This document shows positions 51,365-63,204 of a stretch of 64,000 nucleotides of DNA, one piece after another; position 1 is the first letter of the stretch, and each line of letters opens with the position of its first letter. The stretch covers positions 86,864,001 to 86,928,000 of the forward strand of contig OZ076409.1 of NCBI GenBank assembly GCA_964187785.1, read 5' to 3'. Under the pieces are notes generated by a model, which was not told where the DNA came from, did not search any database, and worked only from the letters and a program-made list of their open reading frames with translations. Made by a program: the position numbers and the translations under genes. The stretch is from Amphiscolops sp. MND2022 (Eukaryota).

Positions 51365-52330
51365 GGCAACCCTTTCCACTTTTTTGGCACTATGAGACTT
51401 TCCCCCTTTTCGGTTTCCTGGGACGTTTTTTCCGAAAATTTTTAATGTCCTAAAAAGCTACCCCATTGAATTTTATGATATTTTGCAACAGAATGGATGT
51501 TAAAAAATCCCAAAGTGTCCCCCGTTTAGATTTTTTGGCACTATGAGACTGTTCATAGTCCTCATTTTTGGTCTGAAATTAAGTTTTCTCAATATATATC
51601 CACCAAAAATTTTTCCAACACTATTCGAATTTTGGATGTAGAGGGTCGAAACTACTGCACTATATCCGAATTTTTGACGCTATATCAGAACTATATTGCG
51701 TTTGACTTAAGAGGAGAAAGAGGAGGCGGACGTTCGAAAACAAACAAACCTATTCGTCCCTTTGGGTGAAACTTTTTTTGAGTTTTTAATAATAAAGGCA
51801 TATTTCAAAAACTTTGCTCTCTTTGAGCCTTTCATATAGCGCGGACTTTAGACGTTCCCGCCTTGCTATGTCTATGTTTTAGCAATGATTTTATTCTTTT
51901 CAGTAATTGTAATTTCGTTTTCAAAAATTGCAAGAAATTGATATTCATTACATTTAATTCAACAGCAATTCACGTCGAACTTCACAAAACACGGGATTCA
52001 CGGACAATATAACCTTGTTTTTAGTCGGCGCTTTTAGAATAAAAGTCGGCGCCCGTCTATTACAATCACTCGTTTTCTTTTTTATTTTTTAAAGACAGAC
52101 TCGAACGCGACGAATTTTTTGCAAAGTTATGGCAAATGGTCTCCCCTTCCATTTTTTACTTTTTAAACGTAACATACAAAACCGGACGGGTCTGAAGGGT
52201 CCCCCTTTCAATTTTTTTGAAACTGTGTGATTTTTTTCAAATATTTTGTCTCCAAAGGGTCCAACCGTCGATTTATTTGAAGTCCCCCCTCGTATTATCC
52301 GGAGTGAAGCTCTATATCCGAACTTTTGAC
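51365..52330 (+). mobile_element. Two partial HINE copies (3' part ending about 51866; 5' part starting about 52018)
   Basis: GCGCGGACTTTAGACGTTCCCGCCTTG at about 51839-51866; TTTTTAGTCGGCGC at 52018. Confidence 0.65.
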
Positions 52331-52639
52331 GTTATATCCGAACTGAAGAACGCAAGTTTCAAAATCTAAACCATGAAGTAAAAGACGAAAAACGTAGTAC
52401 ATTTGTATTTTCCGGTGAAACGATGATCATGGATCAAACCATTTCGCCTTAACCAGTTCAAATAAGATCTCAAAACCTTGTGAGACAGTTTCCAGTGAAT
52501 TGGTTTGCCGAAAAAAAATTGCCGAAAAAGCAATAATAAACTATTGTTGGAATCACGAATCGAGTATAGATCAATGAATAACTTCAAAAAACTCTATAAC
52601 AGCCCAAATTAACTTGACTATTCAAACAAAAAAGTTCCA

Positions 52640-53720
52640 AACACTTTTGGATGCTTGAGTCAGGAACTTCAACTGATTTTCTATCTCATTTTTTGAGTCT
52701 CTGTTTGTAGGAGTTAACTTGGATTGTTTACCACTTCTCAAGAAATCACTCCTCGAGGATGATTGTATTCAAACTTACTCTCATAATATAACCAACTTGA
52801 TTTATAGAGTAAAATGAAACAAATAATTGTCCCGAGTTGATGAAATTCACACGAATGTGTAAAAAAATTCTTTGAAGAATACATGTTAACACGATGAAGG
52901 CATGATATGAACCATCGCTTCCAGATCATATCTGCATAGTCCTGGCTGAGATCAAAATATTCTGTGATGGTTGGTTTAAGCTTTTGGAATATTGGCACTA
53001 CCGAAAATTGAAGTGATTAGGTGTAAGTGCTTCAAAAGTTTCAAGATCATCACTACATGGAGCATTAGAGCCAGCATTTAATGTTTGTTCAGACAGAGAC
53101 ATAGATGTCATCAAAACCTCGTCTGTAAGGTAAAGATTATCCAGGTTAGCTATCATTGCTTTCTTGCAATATTTGACCAATCTTTCCATTCAACATCAAC
53201 ATATGGTGCCCCAGGAGGCTTAAAGTTCCACGCAAGGAGCTTTTGAGCCATTTCCGAGGTAATATGATCATTGTTTCAAGAGAAGCATACATTTACTCAA
53301 CATAAAGCAAATGATTTTATACTCGTTATTGTTCCTCAATCACTAGATAAAGCTCAACAAGTGCTCCTTTGGGTTCTCAGAGCATCCACACAATCTAAAT
53401 ATGGTGTTAAGAACAGAATGATTACCACAAAAACTGAACTACGACAAAAAAGGAAAATTGTCTTGGATTTTAATTTTTTTGACTTGGTTTTCATTTGGTC
53501 AAAATATGGCCATCTCTCATAAAGATCGCGTCCAATTGTGATCATAGACTGTTCTAAAGCACGTTGAAGTATCCCTTTTTGCACAAGATTCTCAATTCTC
53601 GTTTGAGGCGCCAACAGACATTTTCACTCACTTTTCTACTATCCTAGTTGCATCTACAGGAAAATTTCCCATACTGCATTGATGTAGGCCCGGTGAAAGT
53701 GATGAGGTGTCAGCTGCACT
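52640..53720 (-). mobile_element. BEL/Pao LTR retrotransposon relic (integrase core and C-terminal region)
   Basis: WNFKPPGAP, ERLVKYCKKAM..LTDEVLMT..EQTLNA..EALTPNHF, YADMIWKRW; frameshifted. Confidence 0.85.
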
Positions 53721-53985
53721 TAAAACCAGAACTGCTTCTTAATGTGGAACTTGGAAAATTTCGTGGCGTCTTTTTGCCCCCACATTTTTATGATGCATCT
53801 AATAGACAGCTTGATAAAATTAAATAGAATCAGTGAAGTTTCGATGCATGGACGTTTCCTTGAGAGTTCTATAAAATCATGATGAATTAGCCTGGCAACC
53901 TACAAAAACGTGTAAAACGTTCAAGCGGTTCCAATCAGGGTACTCATTTACGTAATGATATACTTAGATTTCGATGATATCTCAA

Positions 53986-54783
53986 CAGGGGCCCCTAAAA
54001 TTTTATGGCCATATATGTGGTACCTGTTCCCTCCATAATGGCCCTACATTTTTAGCTCGCCTTCCATAATGGCAATAACTTAAAAAAATTTCAAATGACA
54101 ATAATTCATTTTAAAAAATTATTTATCATTTTTAGCATTTATATCATTCACCATGTGGACATCCCATAGAGCCTTGTTCACCATAAGAAAGATATCTTGC
54201 TCGAAGTTGAGGGGGGACATGCCACTGCGGTTGGGTGTCAATATCAGCTTGGCTCGACTGAAAAGTCTCTCAACTATGTTAGAGGTTGGCTCAATCCAGG
54301 TCAAATTCATAACCTGGGTGGCAGGTTTTACATGGGCTTCTAGTTGACTCTCAGCTCAGGATTTTTTTGCCGGAGGTGGGAGATCAGCTTTTTGAGATTT
54401 GAATATCCCTTTCCGACATTTTGGACTCGTGTCGTGCCACAGGAGCAACGCCACAAATTGGGCCCTTCTTGTACAAAATATAATTTGCAAATATCTTTGG
54501 ACTGTAGTGATGCCATTTTCTTCTGCGGCTGGTTTACTTTGGCTACTGCCTATTAACTGAGAGACGTTGACTCAATTCATTCAATTACATGTAGGAGCAG
54601 CATGGATTTAAATTCATTCTTGCACAATTTCAATTACATGTAGGCCGCTTAGTTGAAATCTCCCCTTCCATAATGGCCAATCTCCCCCTCCATTATGGCC
54701 CTATATTTTCACTCAGCCCTCCATTATGGCAATGTCTTGTATGGCAATAATGGTAAAGTACCATTATTTTTCAGGGGCCCCTG
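53986..54783 (-). mobile_element. Internally deleted hAT DNA transposon
   Basis: TIRs CAGGGGCCCCT(A/G)AAA; perfect 8-bp TSD TATCTCAA (53978-53985, 54784-54791); subterminal CCAT(A/T)ATGGC repeats; hAT dimerisation-domain remnant PTSNIVERLFSRAKLILTPNRSGMSPLNFEQDIFL at 54119-54310. Confidence 0.9.
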
Positions 54784-56019
54784 TATCTCAATGTGAATAA
54801 ACTCGGAATGAACCTGTAGGTTTCACGCTGAAATTCACGTTTCATAAAACACACGATATTTCACAGGGTAATTTTTCAAATACTGCCAGGACAGAGCAAT
54901 TTTCACAACAACTACAACGACAATCTACATTTACATCCCGTCTACGTCATTTACATCACGAGTTTCTACCATCCCGTCTACATGACAATACAGGAGTTTT
55001 TTGAGGCAGACGAATTTCGTTTTCTAATGATGAACTAACTGTATGTAGTTTCTTCGATGACGTTGTAAATATAATTAAAATACCTACTGCATGAAAAATG
55101 GTTTGTTTTTCTCAGAAATCTCTCGCGTGCGAAATTGCTTATCTGAGTTGAAAAACATGCTATATTGATGGTATAGTAACGAAACCAGAACTCTTTTGTG
55201 AACAGAAAAGTGCTGCGATCAAACAGTTCTCTTGCTTTATCTGTTTAAATTTTCTACAAAAATGTATGCAGCTGCTTTGAGTACTCTGTGTCTGACTGCT
55301 TCATTCGATTGAGCAATCTACAATACAGATGATTGAATCACCAACAACCGTTGCTGAATGAAATCGCAGAAACCATCCAGGTCAGTAGTCCATCTGGAAA
55401 ATTTCTACGTTAACCCACAAAATAACATTTGATACCATCAAAAGCTTTTAGAGCATTATACATAATATACGAGAATGCCTTTTCAAATTTACTCACATTA
55501 AAACAACATTTAACCGTTTTGAAACTTTAAGTGAGAACACTCGCCAGGAGCTCAAAGTGAAAGGACTGAAGAATAACAAAAAAAGATTGAGAAAAAAGGT
55601 GTTGACAAAACAAAACCATTACCTAACTGCAGCTCGATGAGCGCGCTCAGGTTCGCGAAACTGAAATGATGATTGTTTCACGCTATCATCCAAGCTTCAC
55701 TAGGGTACTAAGCAACTGAAGACAGTCTATTTGGCTTGGCAAATTATTCAAAGCTCAAAAATATTTTTTTTTTCATTCATTTTTAAAGAAATCACAAGTG
55801 CAAAATATTTCAAATTCTGATTAGAACTACAACGGTGTTTTTGGTTCGGAAATCGAATCAAAATTTTGAAAGCTTTCCATAGTTGAGACTGTTGAAACTT
55901 TTTACATGCTGCAGTCTTGCAAGCAGGGCTACCTTTTAGAAAAACCTAAGAAATTATTGCACGGCTGTTATCGCTTTAAACGCGATTTTACCCTTTGAAA
56001 AAACAATCACTGCAACGAA

Positions 56020-56830
56020 ATTGTCGAACTTGAAAGTTTAGCCGGCGAAATGGACATTGTAGATAAATTCAAGTACCTAGGCGTTAGTATCGACAACAGA
56101 TTAAATTTTCATAGCCATATAGCGAGTATCCAGAAAAGATCAGCTAAATTTAATGGTTTGGTATACAAGGCACGTTATTGTTTTTCCCGAAAGCTCTCTT
56201 AAGGTTTTATCAAGCATATGCAAAACCAATTATACTGTACGAGTTGCTCATATACGGCGGTACACAACATTCAGTGCTGAATGAGACTCTATCCATGCAA
56301 AAACGCTTTATACGAACAATTTTTTTCAGAAAACGTAGCGATACAGTTTCTGACTTGTTTATGAACCATAAAATAGAAACCGTTTTTGAACTTTATTTTG
56401 AGGAAATATTCAAAGAGACTCTATTTCAAATTTATGGTTTTTCGACAATTAGATCATTGGATCTTCAAAATCACACTTTCCTACGGACAACTGGATCTCA
56501 AATTGCTGGACTAATTCGACACCATTTTTCGCGAACTGTTACAGCTAAAAACTCATTAGCCGGGAGAGTTTCAAAATTTTACAATTTTTTATGAAAAACG
56601 ATTTATTGCCTAGTTTCGAAAACAATGTTGACAAAATAATGCTAGAAAAGTTAATAATAAATTTCAAAGAACTGTATATTCTTGACAGTGAAAAAACTTT
56701 TAATCTCATTTTTGGGTAAAGTTTGCAGATTTCCTAGTATCTCTCTTCATTGGAGCTGACAACTCTTCTTTCTGTTTTCGGGGCGTATACGTCACGGTCA
56801 GATATGTGTCTTAATTGGAATAAATATAAA
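56020..56830 (+). mobile_element. 5'-truncated degenerate LINE (post-RT region)
   Basis: VDKFKYLGVSIDNRLNFHSHI, then after a frameshift LLRFYQAYAKPIILYELLIYGGT..MQKRFIRTIFF; parallels ORF2 at about 34190-34800. Confidence 0.8.
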
Positions 56831-57607
56831 TTGTTTTGTGTTCACACTATAATATTTATCTGACCAAATCGATTCAAATATTCAAATTAATATAAAGTGG
56901 TGTGAAGAAAGAATGCGACTTAGTTGCTAAAAATGCAACAAATTTTCTTATCTGATTGGTTCACAAAGTGTCGCTGCTCAAATCTCTTTGGTTTAACGAG
57001 CCTTGATCGCTCGCAAAAATCAGTATTTTCAATATTTTACCGTCTTTCGGGGATAATTTTTATTTGAAAATTATACCAAAAAATGTCTCGGATTTTTCTC
57101 AACCCCGATATAGTTTTTGTTTGTGGAAATCACGAGGAAAACAAAAATGGGAGCACTTTTTTGTTCAGTAAAATTGAAAATACATGTAACAAGATAGGAA
57201 TTTGAGACTTACACTTGGTGGAACTCCGACGAATAGTCATTTTCCAAATTTCTCCAAAATCAAATTTCATCTTCGTTTTCGAGAGATTTGCGTTTATCTG
57301 CAAGGCAAAACGTATCAAAAATTACTTATGGGATCACTGATATTTTCTCAAAAATTTAGCAATTTTAAATATTTTTCTGCCAAAATCACATGTTTCTAAC
57401 TTCGGAAAAAATTATAGTTGAAATTTCAAACAAAAACCATTGTATTCATTACAAAATTTGAACAAACATTTGTTTTTACCAAATTGATTTGTTTCGGATA
57501 GTTTTAAAGATATGAGACTGCAAAATTAGCCTTTTTGAGCAGCTAATTTGCATTCTTTCTCCACACAACTGTAACTGTACTGTTGTGAACTAATTTGAAT
57601 GTTTTTT

Positions 57608-59100
57608 TGTGACGTCAGTCATCAAGACAGCTATGCCAGCAATACCTTATTATTTGAAATGATTTTGTGTCGTCACTAATTAGAGAATTGGAAGGATTTT
57701 CTAAAGCTCAACGTAACGTCTCCGTCAACCGCTGTTCAGCTCGACCTGACTTATTTTTAATACGTTCTGAGACGTCACGGGGCAAATTGTAAGTTTGTAG
57801 TAGCCAAAAATGCAACGTAAGGGCAACGTCATATGAAAGGTTATTTTTTTGAAGGATGTTTATACTAATGTTTTCATAGAATGTTCTGTATTTATACTAT
57901 GAAGTCGAAATTATCAATCAAAGTAATACCGTGTTTGTCTTTAATCGACAATCTGATTACCATTTCCAGAGTGTGGATTTTGTTGACCGAAAGTCTCCGT
58001 TGTATCAGCATTTATGTAGTTGTATCCTTGATTAGACGTAACTGCATCGTTTTTTCTTTGTACTAATATTGATTATAACAACTGGAATGTTATTCCGGCA
58101 TCATTGTTCCTTTTTACCAGTGTTCAGATCTTTCCGTTCTCGAAATAATTTGCACCATTCTAGTTGCGTTGCCATTTTCGCGAGTCATACTTTTGTCTTG
58201 AATTCATAATTCCTTAGTTGGAAAGTTGACTAACTGTTTACGTCAGCGTGCTTTCTTTGTTGGAAAGTCTTCTAGACATTTAATTTGCCGCCCTTTTGAA
58301 GCTCAAACAGGAATTGTACCGGTTTGAACAAATATGATTTCAACAACCGTGACGCAGAGTTAACGTCACTAGGATTTTCGATACCCGAATTTTAGACGCC
58401 GGACTAAAATAATATGAATCAACTGGGTTTTTGTATGAACAAGTTCAATTTTTAAGATACCTAAGACTTTTTAGATGTGCAACAAATGATGCTAGGAAGG
58501 TATAAATATGTTGGTTTTGTAAATTAAATTAGATATTCATTTGTGATCTTTGTTAGACTTTTACGTTGCTAAATTATTATCCCTGAAAAATTCAAAAGTC
58601 CTTGAGACATATTGTTTCTTATCAAAAATGACAAATCGAAGTCAGAAAAGATTGAAAATACTTTCTTTGCACTCACATCAACTTCCATAAAAAACTAAAA
58701 CGACTACCCAAATTAACGCTCCGTTAGGGAGTCGTAACATGGTGACAGGAGTCAAAACGATTCCACGAACAACCAAATCGAAAACAATAGACAAACAACA
58801 GGGACAGAACAGAAGCAAGTGGAACAGCCGAATTCAATGTTACTCTGAACGAGAAGAGATTACGAACGCAAAACGTCAGTGGTTTTTTTAGAATGGAACC
58901 GTTACTGTTACGTTTTGACCTCGAAAACGAGCAGTCAGAAACTGAAAATCACCTGGGAAAAATAAACCAGCATTGAACAAGTTATTGTGGTTGAAAAGAC
59001 TCGTGTAATTATTGCCCTTTCCAGTAAAATGGAACACGGTACCTTCAGTTTTTTCACCAAATTCGTCCCCGACTTAGAGCTCCGAGCTAACGACTGCATG
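57608..59100 (+). mobile_element. Gypsy-like 5' LTR, PBS and decayed gag
   Basis: TGTGACGTCAG ... CGTAACA (58739), immediately followed by TGGTGACAGGAGT (tRNA-Leu-like PBS); MTNRSQKR start at 58628 lies inside the putative LTR. Confidence 0.5.
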
Positions 59101-59808
59101 ACGTGATAATCAAGACACTGGAAAAACTTCCAGGAACTATACTAATTGTCGATTGGTAAAAGCAGGATTGCCTTTCTAGCAAACACAAGCAATCTTTGTT
59201 ACTGTGTTTTCTACGTTACACAACTCTCCGAAAACGTTCCGTAAGACACCCACAGATCGTTGAGCCAGTACCGAATTGAACGACAATATCTCTGTCAGTT
59301 TTACTCCAGAAGAGGGGGAAACATCTCCCACGAACGATAAGTAGCAATTTTACCCGGATCAGTATAACGCTGAGCAACGACAGAGAGAACTTCATGGACG
59401 GGAAGCTGAAGTTGGGAGATGGGACAGGAATCCATGTCTTGGGACTATGATTGATTCTTATCGGCGCGCAAGAAAGTCTAAGTTGTGACTTACATAGTGA
59501 GACTGGCCATTTCATGAAGGTAGGAATCGCAAAGCTTAATGGGAGGGAGAATCCGCAGACCAACCTGGGGAAAATGCGACTGAAACGTTCATTATCTCCC
59601 CTCTGAAAACAGTAATGCCAACCAGTAATACCAACCACGTACTACCGATCTGAACCATAAAAGACTTTTGGTCGACATGACCACATCAAACATATTTTTT
59701 CTTGGTTACTTTATGATATATGTAGTTGTTTATAGATTGGTTCTGAGCCTGTCTTGGTGTTAGATTATAGTTGATTGAATTTGTGTTCTGTGTACTTACA
59801 ACGACTAT

Positions 59809-60997
59809 TGTGAAGTCGATACAATTAAATGAATTACATGCAATTGTACGATAAGAAGAAAACGAGTTCGAACTATCTACTGCTGTAGAAAATTGGACGC
59901 GCTATCCTAAACACAATCAACCAATAAGAATGCGGCTAATATGTTCATTTCTTCTAGCCTGACAGACTCAGCGTCCGTCACGGTATAATTAGCGAGCTCA
60001 TTGTAAACTTTCAAATAAAGTATCATGCACTGTTGCTGTCAATCAGAATTACATGTAAATTTAATTACACTATACCCAAACTTGTAAAACTAAAACCCTC
60101 GGCTTTTCCCAAATCGCCATTCTTTTGATGCTATTTATACGTTGATATTACAAATGACGTAAGGTTGACGTCAGCCTTCGGAGCTGTTTTAGAAACTGTA
60201 GGAGCTGATTTTAGAAACATGACAATAGTGATTCTACCTGTCATACTCAGCTCACCATATAGCAAGTACTAGTAGTTTATTGAAACACAACAATATTTTG
60301 ATGCTACAGTGAAACACCATCTTGATACTACTGTGACACTTTTGTTCTGAAGTTGCTAAAATTCTCATCGTTTGTTGCGATAGAGTAGTTAACCGCTCAA
60401 TTGTTTTGTTGTTCTCGTTGTGTTTGCGCAATTACATAATTCGATTTTGCTGAGCAAAAAATTTCTTCAATGCGTTCCACTTGGAAGCAGAAGGCCAAAC
60501 AGAAACGCTCTAGGCAGTCGGACGTAATGTCAGTTTTGGAAAAAATTGAAATTTTGTAGGGAATTATCCAAGGAATGAATTAGAAATCAGTCAAGTGAAA
60601 GAGAAGTTGAAATGGTTCAATTGGCCACAACTGAATATCAACCCAAATAGTGAGAAGTTTGGGTCTCTATTAAACAAAAACAGTACAATGAAATTGCCAA
60701 AGAATCGGCTGGAATGATTATTAACGAAATTGCAAATCAGGTTGATAGAAAATTGGATGAACTAAAAGAGATGAACTAATTTAAATTCACATATTCTGGA
60801 AACAATAGACTTGGTTATTGCTGAAAGGGTACTTCCCACTATCCAGAATACACAAGGGACTCAAAAAGTGTCATTAAAACACAAATTGGACCAACAGTCC
60901 AGTGGGCTGCACAGGAGCCCCGATGTCGAATATGGTAGGAAAACCCAAGAAAATCGACCTAAAGTCAGTATTCATGGTCACTCGCTAAGAGAAAACT
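59809..60997 (+). mobile_element. Decayed retroelement (LTR/gag-like), second family, copy 2, cut by the gap
   Basis: MRSTWKQKAKQKRSRQSDVMS..NQVDRKLDELK..LNSHILETI..ERVLPTIQNTQG, with stops and frameshifts. Confidence 0.5.
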
Positions 60998-61197
60998 NNN
61001 NNNNNNNNNNNNNNNNNNNNNNNNNNNNNNNNNNNNNNNNNNNNNNNNNNNNNNNNNNNNNNNNNNNNNNNNNNNNNNNNNNNNNNNNNNNNNNNNNNNN
61101 NNNNNNNNNNNNNNNNNNNNNNNNNNNNNNNNNNNNNNNNNNNNNNNNNNNNNNNNNNNNNNNNNNNNNNNNNNNNNNNNNNNNNNNNNNNNNNNNN
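60998..61197. other. Assembly gap (200 N)
   Basis: The round length suggests an unsized scaffolding join. Confidence 0.99.
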
Positions 61198-61747
61198 AAA
61201 TCTTTTTGAGACATAATCAAGTACCAAAGCACAAACAAATATATGTATTCAAGTTTCCGACATGTTTTCAAAAAATTGTGTTGTTTGGAGTTAGGTGCGA
61301 CTTTCCAGGATAAAAAATCATTCAATGGTAGTGTACACCTTGAATTTTATAATATTTCAAAATTGCTTAAGTACGCTTGTTTTCGATACAATAAGACTTT
61401 TTTCCGAAGAGGTAAATTCATTCGAGAAAAAGATTTTTGTAAAATTGATTTTGATGTTTCCATTTGGGGAATTGCTGTTTTTGAGTCTGATCGGTATCCT
61501 GTCTGGTGCTGTAAGTTTGATTAAAATTTCCGCAATGCTGTGCTATCGCATATTCAAAACACTTTGCTTTTTTGAAGCTTGAGCGGAGTGCCGTTTTTGG
61601 CCTTTCCCGGCTTGTTTTTTTATTAGTTTGCGTCATTGTTTTAACACTAGTCTTCTCTTTGGTCATGAAGAAAGTAGAAATATGAAGTTTTCTATCTCTG
61701 GATGTTTTTTTCCATTGATCACACAACTGCTGGCCGTATATTTTTAA

Positions 61748-62215
61748 TTTTTGGTCGGCGCTTTTGTGAATGCCCACCTCTTACAGTGAAATTTTTTTCT
61801 CCAGCCCACAGACCTCACACTGATAAGTCCAATTATCACAGAATTTCTCCACGTCTTACTACTTCACTTACAGTCTCGGGTGCTTCCAAAGGTGCCATCT
61901 CTGGGTACCATAGTGTTTAAAGATTTTTCCTACCTAGACAACTCAAAAGGTTTGGTTTAATTGTTGTCTTGGCATTGTGAGACTGTTTCCTGAAATGTTT
62001 AATTTCATAGATGTCGACAAAAAGTCCCCTGTTTGGCATTTTGATTTTCTGTAACCACTGGATGCTAAAAAAGCCCCAAAGTGTCCTCTCTTTTGCGCTT
62101 TTCGGCACTATGAGACTGTTTCAAAATTGTAAATTCTCCTGAGCATATTTTGAAAACTTTGAGCTTTTTGAGCCTTATCCATAGCGCCGACTTCAGACGC
62201 TCTCGTCTGGTTTTT
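61748..62215 (+). mobile_element. HINE, complete diverged copy
   Basis: 5' TTTTTGGTCGGCGC; 3' GCGCCGACT followed by CAGACG-CTCT-CGTCTG and a T-run. Another 3' end lies at about 61560-61621. Confidence 0.65.
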
Positions 62216-63204
62216 ACTAAACAAAACTCTGTTCATAGATTCACGACGTGTTGACAGCGGATTGTCATTGTGACAGAAACGCAGCGACTGATTTTAATTA
62301 AGTAGTTCGCGCACGAAACTGAAACTTACGGTATATTTTAGGGATACCAAAAACAATTAACTTCAAAATTTTTGCCTATAAATTACCATAAATTCAAGCG
62401 CTCACCCTTAAATAGTAATTTAATGAACATTGAAATAAAATTTTGTCAAATTTTGAAATCAAATAATTTCGGTAGGCTCAACTGCATGTATGGGATACAG
62501 ACTGTTTTAATGACTTGAATTCCGAATCGTTTGTTAGAAACATTTCAGCCGAGCAATGATGAATCTTTGGTTCCTGCCTATGTAAATAGAAAAGTATAAA
62601 AAACTGAGTTCATTTTTCATTTTTTGTGAATAATTTTCCTTGTTGAACTTTTTCACCAACTAATTTTTTCACATGGAATGATTCACTTTTAGTGGAAGAA
62701 AAAAAGTTTATCTATGTTTTTGAAAAAGTTTGGAAATGATTTAAGGAAGCTTATATAGATACTCAAATTCCTGCCACTGAGAAACAAGTTTGTTACATCA
62801 ATCAGTTACAACTGCACAATAAAAACCTGAATTTCTTTTCCATAATTCATTACAACATTTGCTATTTGTGCAACTGGAACTGATGTTTAAACATATTACA
62901 AATCCATGCTTTCTAACGGTCCCAAAGCATCTTGAAGCTCGGAATCATAAGTTCAATTTTCTCGGAAACATCTTCGAAGTGGACTCATTTGAATTAATTG
63001 GTTCAATCTCTCCGTACAAAAAGTGCTCAAATTATACTAGTTGAATGATTACGACCATCTCAGTTTTTATCAACTAGCTAACCAGATTATTTAAGTGAGC
63101 TTCACTTTCTAAAAACGGAAACAAGTTTGCCAATTAAAAAAACTTTTTCAAACTGAAAAACGTTATAGTCCTGTTTTTGTTCTGTTTCAGTGGTGGCATT
63201 ACTA

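Noticed and set aside
59216..59638. 140-aa minus-strand ORF as a gene
   Set aside because: No recognisable domain or splice context; it lies among LTR relics.
60811..61325. ORFs containing X runs
   Set aside because: Artefacts of translating the 200-N gap.
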